Below, piece by piece: positions 45,290 to 57,194 of a stretch of 64,000 nt of DNA. Positions within the stretch are counted from its first letter, which is position 1, and each line of letters begins with the position of its first letter. The stretch covers positions 2,432,001-2,496,000 of the forward strand of contig OX638340.1 in assembly GCA_951812955.1 (NCBI GenBank). Reading direction: 5' to 3'. Under the pieces are notes generated by a model. The model saw nothing but the letters and a program-made list of their open reading frames with translations. It had not been told where the DNA came from and did no database searches. Source of the stretch: an uncultured Gemmatimonadota bacterium. GTDB lineage: Bacteria; JAAXHH01. A program made the translations under genes and the position numbers.

Positions 45290-46554
45290 TTCCCCTCCCG
45301 GGCCGCGGTTCGGCCGCGGCCGGCGCGACGCCGATCCCGGCTGTTTCCTTCCCCGCGTCCCGGGCCGGACCGGCCGGACGACGGGTTTTCTCCAAGGGCG
45401 TCCAGTGCTTCGTGCGTTGCCGCCACAACCTGGTCGATTTCCTCCGTGGAGATCGACAGCGGCGGCAGGAACCGCAGCACGGTATTGCCCGCGGGCAGGG
45501 CTAGTACACCCCGTTCCATGAGCCCGCGCAGTACGGGCGTGACCCGGCTCTTCAGCTCGACGCCGATGATCAGGCCCATGCCCCGTATCTCCCGTACGGC
45601 GGGGTGGGCCAACGCCGCGAGGCCTTCCCGGAAATACCCGCCGGCCTCCCTGGCGTTCTCGACAAGGCCTTCCTCGTCCAGCACACGCAGAGTCGCCAGC
45701 CCCGCCGCGCAGATCACCGGGCTGCCGCCGAAGGTGTTTCCGTGGGACATGGACGGGACGCCCTGGACCGCGTCCCCGCAGAGCGCCGCGCCGACGGGGA
45801 GCCCTCCGGCCATGGCCTTGGCCAGGCAGAGGATGTCCGGCCGTATACCGTGGTGCTCGCAGGCAAACATGGCGCCCGTTCTGCCGAACCCGGTCTGCAC
45901 CTCGTCCACGATGAACAAAGCGCCCCGTTCCCTGCAAAGGGCCTCTACCCGCTTCAGGTACCCACCGTCGGCCACACGCACGCCGCCCTCTCCCTGCACG
46001 ACCTCGAGGATGACCGCGGCGGTCTCCTCGCCGATGGCTTCTTCCATGGCGGCGGGATCATTGTATCTGACGTGGGAGAATCCGGGCACGAGGGGTTCAA
46101 AGGGGGCGCGATACTTGGGGTTCCACGTCGCGCTCAATGCGCCGAAGGTGCGTCCGTGGAATCCGCGCTGGGCCGCGATCACGCCGGTTTTTCCCGTGAC
46201 GGCCCGGGCGAATTTCAACGCCGCTTCCACCGCCTCCGTACCGGAGTTGCACAGGAACAGCCGGTCGAGCCCCGCCGGGGCCGCCTCGACCAGGGCCGCG
46301 CCCAGTTCCGCACGCACATCGTTGTAGAAGGAGTCCGGGCATATCGTGAGGCGGTTCACCTGCCGCGTGACCGCTTCGGCCACGGCCGGGTGGCTGTGGC
46401 CAATGTTGGCCGTGCCGATCCCGCCGATGCAGTCGATGTATTCCTTACCGGCGGCGTCCCATACACGCGTGCCGCGGCCGCGGACGATCACCGCGTCGCG
46501 TTTCGGCAGGATGCCCATGGAAACGCCATTTTCCATTGTCTGGTAGTCTGTCAT
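45286..46554 (-). CDS. lysJ: Class III PLP aminotransferase, acetylornithine/[LysW]-aminoadipate semialdehyde aminotransferase (LysJ/ArgD)
   Basis: …LCNSGTEAVEAALKFAR…IVDEVQTGFGRTG…, with the PLP-lysine context in …LCLAKAMAGGLPVGA…. Confidence 0.85.
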   Translation of the reverse strand: MTDYQTMENGVSMGILPKRDAVIVRGRGTRVWDAAGKEYIDCIGGIGTANIGHSHPAVAEAVTRQVNRLTICPDSFYNDVRAELGAALVEAAPAGLDRLFLCNSGTEAVEAALKFARAVTGKTGVIAAQRGFHGRTFGALSATWNPKYRAPFEPLVPGFSHVRYNDPAAMEEAIGEETAAVILEVVQGEGGVRVADGGYLKRVEALCRERGALFIVDEVQTGFGRTGAMFACEHHGIRPDILCLAKAMAGGLPVGAALCGDAVQGVPSMSHGNTFGGSPVICAAGLATLRVLDEEGLVENAREAGGYFREGLAALAHPAVREIRGMGLIIGVELKSRVTPVLRGLMERGVLALPAGNTVLRFLPPLSISTEEIDQVVAATHEALDALGENPSSGRSGPGRGEGNSRDRRRAGRGRTAAREGK

Positions 46555-46576
46555 GTTCCCCGTACTCCTGTTTTCG

Positions 46577-47374
46577 TTACCCGATTACCGTGCCCTGTCC
46601 ACGCAGCGCAGCCGTGACGGGTCCGGGTATCCTCCCGTCGCCCAGGATCACCTTTCCCACCCCGACTTCCAGCGCCTCTTTCGCGCCGAGCAGCTTCTTC
46701 TTCATGCGGTCCCGGGCGTGGGTCGCGATCGCCTCGTCTATGTCCTCACGGGCGAGGCGGGGGATCAGCGTGTCTTCGTCCTCGGCGTCCTCGAGGAATC
46801 CAGGCGTGTTGGAAAGGATGACCAGCCTGTCCGCCCCGAGGGCGTCGGCGATCACGGCGGCCGCCCGGTCGCCGTCCACGTTGATGATCTCCCCCTCGTA
46901 GCTGATGGCCGGCGGCGTGATGACCGGCAGGTAACCCTGGTCCAGCAATGAGGTCAGCAGCGGTACGTTCGCCTTCTCGACCCGGCCTGTGTAATCGTTT
47001 CTCAGGACCTTCTTCCGGCCGTCCTCCACGATCCGGAGGGTGGGTTTCCGCCTGCCCTCGAGGAGGCGACCGTCGACCCCGCTCAGTCCTACGGCGTTGG
47101 CGCCGAGCTGCTGCAGTTTCTCCACGATGCGCTTGTTTCGCTTGCCGCAATACACCATGTTGAAGATATCCAGCGTCTCCGGATCGGTATATCGGCTCGT
47201 GTACCCGGAGGGCGACGTGACCATGCGGGGCGGCTTGCCCAGTTGTGTCGATACGGTGTTCAATTCGTCGGAACCGCCGTGCACCAGCACCAGCGGTTCG
47301 GTCTGCCGCGCGATGTCCTCCAGTACGTAGTCCAGGTTGATGCCCCTGCTGCCTCCGGTCTTCACCACGATCAT
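46577..47374 (-). CDS. lysZ: Short amino-acid-kinase-family carboxylate kinase, [LysW]-aminoadipate/glutamate kinase (LysZ/ArgB)
   Basis: MIVVKTGGSRG… begins the AAK fold. At 265 aa it is the short archaeal/Thermus-type kinase. Its start overlaps the hisS stop by 4 nt. Confidence 0.7.
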   Translation of the reverse strand: MIVVKTGGSRGINLDYVLEDIARQTEPLVLVHGGSDELNTVSTQLGKPPRMVTSPSGYTSRYTDPETLDIFNMVYCGKRNKRIVEKLQQLGANAVGLSGVDGRLLEGRRKPTLRIVEDGRKKVLRNDYTGRVEKANVPLLTSLLDQGYLPVITPPAISYEGEIINVDGDRAAAVIADALGADRLVILSNTPGFLEDAEDEDTLIPRLAREDIDEAIATHARDRMKKKLLGAKEALEVGVGKVILGDGRIPGPVTAALRGQGTVIG

Positions 47375-48636
47375 GCCGTGCCGCCTCCCTTAACCGCGTC
47401 CAGCACCTCCCACCTGGGAAGGGCCGTCTGCGTACTGTCCGCCATGCGCCGTACCATGACGACGCCGTTTTTCACCTCTTCTTCGCCGATGATCAGGGTG
47501 TATGCGGCACCGATCCGGTCGGCCTGCTTCATCTGGGCCTTCAGGCTGCGGTCCTCCCACAGGGCCGCCGCGCCCACGCCGGCCGAGCGAAGTTCCTGTG
47601 CCAGGACCACGGCGGCGTCCTTGGCCTCGGCGCCGAGATAGGCAACGAACACGGCAGGTTTCGGCACTTCCGGGGGTTCGATCCCCTCCTGCTTCATCGT
47701 GAGGATGATGCGCTCTATGCCCGACGCGAAGCCGATAGCCGGCGTTTCGGGTCCGCCCACCATTCCGATCAGTCCGTCGTACCGCCCGCCCCCGCACACC
47801 GCGTTCTGCGCGCCGATGCCCTCTGCCCAGACCTCGAACACCGTCTTCGTATAGTAGTCGAGTCCCCGCACCATGCGGTGGTTGACCTCGTAAGGGCGGC
47901 CCAGGGCGTCCAGGTACGACCTCAGCTGGACGAAGTGGTCATTGCATGCACCGCACAGGGATTTCGCGATCCGCGGCGCCCCCTCCGCTATCTTCCCGCA
48001 GGATTCCCGCTTGCAATCCAGAAGCCGCAGCGGGTTCTCGCCATAGCGGCGCCGGCAATCATCGCAGATCCCGTCCAGGTGCTGTTCGTACCAAGCCTTC
48101 AGCGTAGCGATGTATCCAGGCCGGCAAGCGGGACACCCCGTACTGTTCACCTGGAAGGACAGCCCCTTGATGCCGACGGCTTCGTAGATCTGCCAGGCGA
48201 CCTGCATCACCTCGAGGTCGATGGCCGGGTCCTGGCTGCCCAGTACCTCCACGTCGACCTGGTAGAACTGGCGGTATCTTCCCGCCTGCGGACGTTCGTA
48301 CCGGAAAGCCGGACCGATCGTATAGAGTCTCAGGGGCTGGGGCCTGCCATGGAGCTTGCGCTCGGCGTAGGCTCGGCAGATCCCCGCCGTGAATTCGGGC
48401 CGCAGCGTCATGCGCTCGTCACTCCGGTCGCGGAAGGTGTACATCTCCTTCTCCACGATGTCCGTGGTCTCGCCGACGCCCCGCTCGAAGAGGCCGGTCT
48501 GCTCGAAGACGGGCACGTCGATCCGCTCGTAGCCGTACAGTTCGCAGACCTGCCGGGTCATCTCGGTCACGAACCGCCAGTAGGCCTGGTCCTCCGGCAG
48601 GATGTCGTAGGTGCCTCTCGGTGCCTGGAATTTCAT
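47371..48636 (-). CDS. hisS: Histidine--tRNA ligase
   Basis: MKFQAPRGTYDILPEDQAYWRFVTE… class II aaRS motifs. Embedded between lysY and lysZ on the same strand. Confidence 0.85.
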   Translation of the reverse strand: MKFQAPRGTYDILPEDQAYWRFVTEMTRQVCELYGYERIDVPVFEQTGLFERGVGETTDIVEKEMYTFRDRSDERMTLRPEFTAGICRAYAERKLHGRPQPLRLYTIGPAFRYERPQAGRYRQFYQVDVEVLGSQDPAIDLEVMQVAWQIYEAVGIKGLSFQVNSTGCPACRPGYIATLKAWYEQHLDGICDDCRRRYGENPLRLLDCKRESCGKIAEGAPRIAKSLCGACNDHFVQLRSYLDALGRPYEVNHRMVRGLDYYTKTVFEVWAEGIGAQNAVCGGGRYDGLIGMVGGPETPAIGFASGIERIILTMKQEGIEPPEVPKPAVFVAYLGAEAKDAAVVLAQELRSAGVGAAALWEDRSLKAQMKQADRIGAAYTLIIGEEEVKNGVVMVRRMADSTQTALPRWEVLDAVKGGGTA

Positions 48637-48668
48637 TTTGGTCTTCCTATACCGGTCTATACCGGTTC

Positions 48669-49712
48669 CTATACCGGATGCAGGCCCGGAAACTCGAGGC
48701 CCGTCCGTTCGTCCCACCCGTACATGATGTTGAGCGCCTGAACGGCCTGGCCGGCCGCGCCCTTGACCAGGTTGTCCAGCGCCCCCATGACCACGACGCG
48801 GTCGCTGTGCTCGTCCCGTTCGAACCCGACGTCGCAGAAGTTGGTGCCCGACAGGAACTTCGGATCGGGATAGCGGAACACGCCCTGCCGCTCCTTGATG
48901 ATGCGGATGAAGGGCTCCCGTCCATAGGCCTCCCGGTAGATACTCCAGATTTCCCGTTCTGACAGGCCGTCGTTCACGAAGGCGTGGGTCGTCATCAGGA
49001 TGCCGCGCACCAGTTCGATGGCCGTCGCGGAGAAATGGACCTGCGGCGCCTGTCCCCCGAAAGTCAGTTCCTGCACGATCTCTGCCGTATGGCGATGACC
49101 CGTAGGCTTGAAAGAGCGCACCGCGCCGCTTCGGTCGGGGTGGTGGGTGGACCGGTCGGCCCGGTTACCGGCAGCGGAGGACCCGATCTTGCCCTCCATG
49201 TAGAGACGCGAGGGGTCCACCGCGCCAGCCCGCACCAGGGGCGCCAGCGACAGGATCGCCGTGGCGGCCAGGCAACCGGTGCACGCGACGTGCTCGGCGT
49301 CCCGTATCTCGTCACGGTACAGTTCGGCCAGGCCGTACACGAAGCGGTCCAGCATCTCCGGGTGCGCGTGCTCGTGCCCGTACCACGTGGGATAGTCCGC
49401 CGCGTTCCGCAGGCGGAAGTCCGCGCTCAGGTCGATGATGCGGCCGCCCAGGCCCGAAAAGGCGTCCCATCGTTTCATGGCCTCCCCGTGGGGCAGGCAC
49501 AGGCACAATACGTCGCAGGGCTCCAGGTCGGCCATGGCGCTGAATTTCAGGTCCGTGACTCTGCGGAGGTTGGGATGGGCGCGTCCGACGGGCTTGCCGG
49601 CCTGCGATTCCGACGTCACCTGATGGATTTCTATTTCGGGGTGGAAGAGCAGCAGCCGAAGCAGTTCGCCGCCGCCGTACCCGGACGCTCCTGCGATCGA
49701 CACCTTGATCAT
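48669..49712 (-). CDS. lysY: N-acetyl-gamma-glutamyl-phosphate / [LysW]-aminoadipyl-phosphate reductase (LysY/ArgC)
   Basis: [21 protein letters not shown] Rossmann motif. Active-site Cys in …[12 protein letters not shown]…. Confidence 0.8.
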   Translation of the reverse strand: MIKVSIAGASGYGGGELLRLLLFHPEIEIHQVTSESQAGKPVGRAHPNLRRVTDLKFSAMADLEPCDVLCLCLPHGEAMKRWDAFSGLGGRIIDLSADFRLRNAADYPTWYGHEHAHPEMLDRFVYGLAELYRDEIRDAEHVACTGCLAATAILSLAPLVRAGAVDPSRLYMEGKIGSSAAGNRADRSTHHPDRSGAVRSFKPTGHRHTAEIVQELTFGGQAPQVHFSATAIELVRGILMTTHAFVNDGLSEREIWSIYREAYGREPFIRIIKERQGVFRYPDPKFLSGTNFCDVGFERDEHSDRVVVMGALDNLVKGAAGQAVQALNIMYGWDERTGLEFPGLHPV

Positions 49713-50548
49713 GATCGGGCCACCTTTACCAGGTAGTCTATGATGCGCCCGGGAATGTCCACACCCGTTGGCCGGACGCTGTTACGGAATTCCATGGTGT
49801 AGTTCACCTCGTTGACCAGGATCCCCTCGGGAGATTCAAGCAGGTCGACCGCCACCACGCCGCCGCCCACCGCTTCCGCCGCGCGGGAGGACAGCGTCCC
49901 CACGTCCCCGTCGATGGGACAGTCCGCGGTCGTTCCCCCCAGGGCTGTGTTGGTCTTCCAGTGATCCGAATAGCGGTAGACGGCGCAGATGGTTTCGCCG
50001 TCGACCACGAAGGACCGGATATCCCGCCCGGGCTTCTCCACGTACTCCTGGATATAGAACACGGAGTGGTGATAGGACCCCAGGACCTCCTTGTGCTCCA
50101 GCACCGCTTCCGCCGCGTGGCGGTCGTTGATGCGGGCGATCAGCCGTCCCCACGATCCGATGGGCGGCTTGAGTACGACGGGGTAACCCATGGTTTCCAT
50201 CACCTCCAGCGCCGCTTCCGCCGTGAAGGCCACGCGCGCCTTCGGCGTCGGTACGCCGTGATCCACCAGCGCCATGGTCGTCAGGAACTTGTTCCCGCAC
50301 ACGCGGGCCACGTCGTAGGTGTTAACCGTCCTGATACCGCTGGCGTTCAGCATCTTGAGCGAGTAGAGCGCCCTGGAGTGGTTGACGCACCGCTCCAGGA
50401 TGACGTCGTGGTCGTACCGGTGGTTCTCCAGGTCGAAGATGATGCGCCGGTCGTCCATCCGGTCGAAGGCGACGCCCCGTTTCGCAGCCGCCTCGAAGAG
50501 CATCTTCTGTTCCGTGGATACAATGGAAAGTAGCATGCCGATCTTCAC
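49709..50548 (-). CDS. lysX: RimK/LysX-family ATP-grasp ligase (LysX or ArgX), paralog 2
   Basis: GTG at 50548..50546 overlapping the upstream stop (GTGA); alternatively the ATG at 50536. [26 protein letters not shown]… ATP-grasp RimK-like motifs. The 510-aa track ORF is an upstream extension. Confidence 0.7.
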   Translation of the reverse strand: MKIGMLLSIVSTEQKMLFEAAAKRGVAFDRMDDRRIIFDLENHRYDHDVILERCVNHSRALYSLKMLNASGIRTVNTYDVARVCGNKFLTTMALVDHGVPTPKARVAFTAEAALEVMETMGYPVVLKPPIGSWGRLIARINDRHAAEAVLEHKEVLGSYHHSVFYIQEYVEKPGRDIRSFVVDGETICAVYRYSDHWKTNTALGGTTADCPIDGDVGTLSSRAAEAVGGGVVAVDLLESPEGILVNEVNYTMEFRNSVRPTGVDIPGRIIDYLVKVARS

Positions 50549-51399
50549 GATGCCCTGCCTCCCTTCGTCACCGTATCCGCTACGTAGTCCATGATTTTGC
50601 CCGGTATATTGACCCCGGTGGCGTCCGACGCGTCGGAAAGGCCGGACGGCGGGCCCATCTCCTGCACGTACCAGGCGTCCTTCGTGCGGACCATGTCCAC
50701 CACCGCGACGCCGCCGCCAATGGCCTCGACGGCAGAGACCGCCAGGCCGTTCAACTCCTCCGTTACGGGTTCGTTCTCCATCAGGCCGCCGGCGGCGATG
50801 GTCCCGATCCAGTGATGGGTCAGCACCGACACGGCGGCCACCGTCTCGCCACCCACCACGTACGCCCGTATGTCGTGACCAGGCGCATCGATATGTTTCT
50901 GCATGAAGAAGATGGAATGGTGATAAGCGCCGAGTATGCGTTTGTGCTCCAGGACCGTCGCCGCCGTATACTTGTCTCCTATGCGGGAAACGAGCTGGTC
51001 CTCGGGGCCCTCCGCGGGTCTCAATACGACCGGGTATCCCATGTCTTCCATTGCCTTGAGCGCCGAGTCCGGCGTATAGGCCAGGCGCATGTCCGGAACC
51101 GGGACGCCCCTCTCCCGCAACGCCAGGGTCGTCAGCAGCCGGTTTCCGTAGGTCTCCACCACGGACTGCCGATTCACCGTGGGTATGCCCCAGTGGTCGA
51201 ACACGGAGAGCGCGTATACGGCCCGGTGGTGATCGACGCACCGTTCCAGGACCACGTCCAGGTCCATGTGCCGGCGGTCGAGTTCGAAGACCTGCCGGGA
51301 ATTGTCGATCGTCGTCACGTCGAAACCGCGCAGACCCGCTTCGGCGATCAGCCGCTTTTCGTCCTTTCGGATCCGAGACAGCACAATGCCCATTTCCAT
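50545..51399 (-). CDS. RimK/LysX-family ATP-grasp ligase (LysX or ArgX), paralog 1
   Basis: [28 protein letters not shown]… Same fold and length (284 aa) as paralog 2, clearly related but diverged. Confidence 0.7.
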   Translation of the reverse strand: MEMGIVLSRIRKDEKRLIAEAGLRGFDVTTIDNSRQVFELDRRHMDLDVVLERCVDHHRAVYALSVFDHWGIPTVNRQSVVETYGNRLLTTLALRERGVPVPDMRLAYTPDSALKAMEDMGYPVVLRPAEGPEDQLVSRIGDKYTAATVLEHKRILGAYHHSIFFMQKHIDAPGHDIRAYVVGGETVAAVSVLTHHWIGTIAAGGLMENEPVTEELNGLAVSAVEAIGGGVAVVDMVRTKDAWYVQEMGPPSGLSDASDATGVNIPGKIMDYVADTVTKGGRAS

Positions 51400-51430
51400 G
51401 GTTCCCGCACCTTCTTCCTGGTCATGCCAT

Positions 51431-51481
51431 ACAAAAAAAGGAGCCGGCCTCTTCGCTCAATCGGAAGAGGAACCTGGCTCC
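51431..51481 (-). terminator. Strong intrinsic terminator/attenuator between lysW and the first lysX paralog
   Basis: The minus-strand RNA folds as GGAGCCAGGUUCCUCUUC-CGAUUGAGC-GAAGAGGCCGGCUCC (about 15 bp GC-rich stem) followed by UUUUUUU. It lies 30 nt upstream of the lysX-paralog start codon. Confidence 0.55.
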
Positions 51482-51641
51482 TGTCAGTTCCCTTGGTCCG
51501 GTTATGCCCCGTAGGGGATCAACACGGACCGCGATGAGCGAACGAACGCAAATCACAATCATGGTATCCATGTTTATGTTTCATTCGTTTATTCATCGCC
51601 GTTTCCTGTTCTCGTTTGAACCCGCAATGCGGGTGAGGGGC

Positions 51642-51806
51642 CTATTCTCCCCAGTCTTCTTCTTCTTCCGGCGCCAACTCCAATTCCAGCGGACTGACGC
51701 TGATTACCTCGAGCTCCGCGCCGCATTCTTCACACTCCAGGATTTCGCCTTCAACGACATCATCGTCCACGTTGACAGCGGCGCCACACTCCGGGCAGGT
51801 TCCCAT
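51642..51806 (-). CDS. lysW: Amino-group carrier protein LysW
   Basis: MGTCPECGAAVNVDDDVVEGEILECEECGAELEVISVSPLELELAPEEEEDWGE is 54 aa. It has a CxxC-N17-CxxC zinc ribbon and the acidic EDWGE C-terminus that is the conjugation site in LysW proteins. Confidence 0.8.
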   Translation of the reverse strand: MGTCPECGAAVNVDDDVVEGEILECEECGAELEVISVSPLELELAPEEEEDWGE

Positions 51807-51940
51807 GATATCCCCCGAATTACCTGGACATAGCCCAGTACTGAAACCCATTCCAGGGTCCTTTTACCCCATCGGGAAGGGCCCCGGTCCATGCTGGAAC
51901 GGTCGAAATATATGGCGCGGTTAAACCGTGTCAAGCGCTT

Positions 51941-54439
51941 TTATGAAGGATTTTCGTCCGTCTCCCCGGTGGATTCGTCCGCTGCGGCCGACGCCGATTC
52001 GTCATCTTCCTCGCCGGGCGTAATCCTGGACACGTCGATCACCCGGTCCCCCTCGTCGAGGTTGATGAGCCGGACACCCTGGGTATTCCGGCCGATGGGT
52101 CGCAGGTCGCGGACAGGCAGGCGTATGATGAGGCCTTTCGTGGTGATAATCATCAGTTCGTCTTCGTCGGAGACGGCGTGAATCGACACGACGGGACCGT
52201 TGCGTTCGCTGGTGCGTATGTTGCTCACGCCCTTGCTGTGCCGGCGGGTCAGCCGGTAGCTCGCGATGTCCGTCCGCTTACCGTAGCCGTTTTCCGTCAC
52301 GGAAAGCAGCGTGGTGTCCCGTCCGGACGCCAGCATGCCCACGACCCGGTCGTCTTCGCCGAGGCGAATGCCACGCACTCCCTGTGCGCCGCGGCCCATC
52401 GTCCGGACATCGCTCTCGTGAAAACGGACGGCCTGGCCATTCCGGCTGGCGATGACGATGTCGTTGCCTCCATCGGTAAGCAGGGCCTCGATGAGGGCGT
52501 CGCCCTCGAGGATGTTCAGTGCAACGATGCCGTTCCGGCGGGGATTCCCATAAGCGGAAAGAACGGTCTTCTTCACGAGACCACCCCGCGTAACCATCAT
52601 GATGTAGTGGTCGTCGTCGAACGTCCTGATCGGCAGGAAGGCCGCAATACTCTCGCCCTGGCCGAGCTGCAGCAGGTTGACCACGGCCTTGCCACGGGCC
52701 GTGCGTCCGGCTTCGGGGATCTCCCACACCTTGAGCCAGTAACACTTACCTCGGTTCGTGAAGAACAGGATATAGGAATGGGTCGAGGCGGAGAAGAGGT
52801 GCTCCACGAAGTCCTCTTCACGGGTCTTCATGCCGGTGATCCCCTTGCCGCCGCGGTTCTGGCTGCGATAGGTGTCCATGGGCAGGCGCTTGACGTAGCC
52901 GGCGTGGGAGATGGTGATGACCATTTCCTCGTCGGCGATCAGGTCCTCGATGCTGAGATCGCCTTCGATGTCGATCAACTCGGTCCGTCTTTCATCGCCG
53001 TAGCGTTCCTTCAGGTCGAGCATCTCTTCCTTGATGATCTGCATCCGGCGATCCAGGCGTGAGAGGATATCCCGGAAATCGGCGATCCGGGCGACCAGTT
53101 CGTTGTATTCTTCCTCGAGCTTGTCCCTTTCCAGTCCGGTCAGGCGCTGCAGGCGCATGTCCAGGATGGCCTCGACCTGGGCACGGGACAGTCCGAACTC
53201 GTCCACCAGGATCTCCATGGCCTCCTCGCCGGTACGCGACCCGCGGAGGATTTCGATCACGCGGTCCACGTTGTCCAGCGCGATGCGCAGACCTTCCACG
53301 ATGTGGGCCCGTTGCTCGGCCTTCTCGAGGTCGAAGGTGGTCCGGCGCACCAGCACCTCGTGACGGTGGTCGATGAAGTGCTGAATGCATTCCTTGATGT
53401 TCAGGACGCGGGGACGTCCGTCCACGAGCGCCAGCATGGTGACGCCGATGGTGGTCTCGAGCGACGTCATCTTGAAGAGGTGGTTCAGTACGATTGTGCC
53501 CGGGATATCCCGCCGCACGTCGATGGCGATGCGCAGACCCGACCGGTCGGACTCGTCCCGTATATCGGTAATGCCCAGTATCTGCTTTTCACGGACGAGG
53601 TCGGCGATCTTCTCGATCAGGCTGGCCTTGTTGACCTTGTACGGGATTTCCGTGATGACGATGGTTTCCTTCTCGCTTTGCTCATGAAGCTCGATCTCCG
53701 TGCGGGCGCGCACCTTGATCTTGCCGCGGCCGGTGTGGAAATACTCTTTAATCGCGTTGCGGCCGTATATGATCGCGCCGGTGGCAAGATCGGGACCCTG
53801 GATGTGTCCGGCGATCTCATCGATCGTGATTTCCGGGTTCTCGATCACCGCCACCATCCCATCCACCACCTCGCTGAGGTTATGGGAAGGCAGGTTGGAT
53901 GCCATGCCCACGCCAATACCGAGCGACCCGTTGCAAAGCAGGTTGGGGAACTTGCCCGGAAGCACCGTCGGCTCGTCTTTCGACTCGTCGTAGTTGGGCA
54001 TGAAATCGACGGTGTTCTTGTCGATATCCTCCATCATCTCGATGGCCAGGCGGGACATCCTCGATTCGGTGTACCGCATGGCGCCCGGGGGATCGCCGTC
54101 TATGGAACCGAAATTCCCCTGTCCGAAGACCATGGGGTAACGCATGCTGAACGGCTGGGCCATCCGCGCGAGGGTGTCGTATACGGCCAGGTCTCCGTGG
54201 GGATGGTAATCACCGATCGTCTGGCCGACGATCTTGGCGCATTTCCGCGTGGGCCGTCCCGGTGTGAGGTTCAGGTCGCGCATCGCCACGAGTATGCGTC
54301 GCTGGGACGGTTTGAACCCGTCGCGGACGTCCGGAATCGCCCGTGACAGATTCACACTCATGGAGAAGTCGAGATAGGAACTCTTCATCTCGTCTTCGAT
54401 GAAGATGGGCTGAATATTGTCGTGTTGTTCTACCGCCAT
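51941..54439 (-). CDS. gyrA: DNA gyrase subunit A
   Basis: …LSRAIPDVRDGFKPSQRRILVAMRDL…AMRYTESRMS (active-site Tyr context). 832 aa. Confidence 0.95.
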   Translation of the reverse strand: MAVEQHDNIQPIFIEDEMKSSYLDFSMSVNLSRAIPDVRDGFKPSQRRILVAMRDLNLTPGRPTRKCAKIVGQTIGDYHPHGDLAVYDTLARMAQPFSMRYPMVFGQGNFGSIDGDPPGAMRYTESRMSRLAIEMMEDIDKNTVDFMPNYDESKDEPTVLPGKFPNLLCNGSLGIGVGMASNLPSHNLSEVVDGMVAVIENPEITIDEIAGHIQGPDLATGAIIYGRNAIKEYFHTGRGKIKVRARTEIELHEQSEKETIVITEIPYKVNKASLIEKIADLVREKQILGITDIRDESDRSGLRIAIDVRRDIPGTIVLNHLFKMTSLETTIGVTMLALVDGRPRVLNIKECIQHFIDHRHEVLVRRTTFDLEKAEQRAHIVEGLRIALDNVDRVIEILRGSRTGEEAMEILVDEFGLSRAQVEAILDMRLQRLTGLERDKLEEEYNELVARIADFRDILSRLDRRMQIIKEEMLDLKERYGDERRTELIDIEGDLSIEDLIADEEMVITISHAGYVKRLPMDTYRSQNRGGKGITGMKTREEDFVEHLFSASTHSYILFFTNRGKCYWLKVWEIPEAGRTARGKAVVNLLQLGQGESIAAFLPIRTFDDDHYIMMVTRGGLVKKTVLSAYGNPRRNGIVALNILEGDALIEALLTDGGNDIVIASRNGQAVRFHESDVRTMGRGAQGVRGIRLGEDDRVVGMLASGRDTTLLSVTENGYGKRTDIASYRLTRRHSKGVSNIRTSERNGPVVSIHAVSDEDELMIITTKGLIIRLPVRDLRPIGRNTQGVRLINLDEGDRVIDVSRITPGEEDDESASAAADESTGETDENPS

Positions 54440-54495
54440 GCTTTCCCCTTGAACTTGTTATCCCGCGTTCCGGGCGTGCCAGGCAAGCGCCGGTA

Positions 54496-57185
<2,690 letters not shown>

Positions 57186-57194
57186 GCCCGAGTC

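Noticed and set aside
44154-45428. 424-aa Arg-rich ORF and the 566-aa extension of the M20 hydrolase ORF
   Set aside because: They are alternate-frame or upstream-extension artefacts overlapping lysJ. The M20 protein starts at the ATG at 45289 that overlaps the lysJ stop (ATGA).
49709-51241. 510-aa version of the second LysX paralog and 967-aa version of acnA
   Set aside because: The N-terminal ~230 and ~44 residues respectively are read-through of the upstream gene in another frame (R/G-rich). Conserved N-termini (VKIGMLL…, MTTRHQDSF…) mark the real starts.
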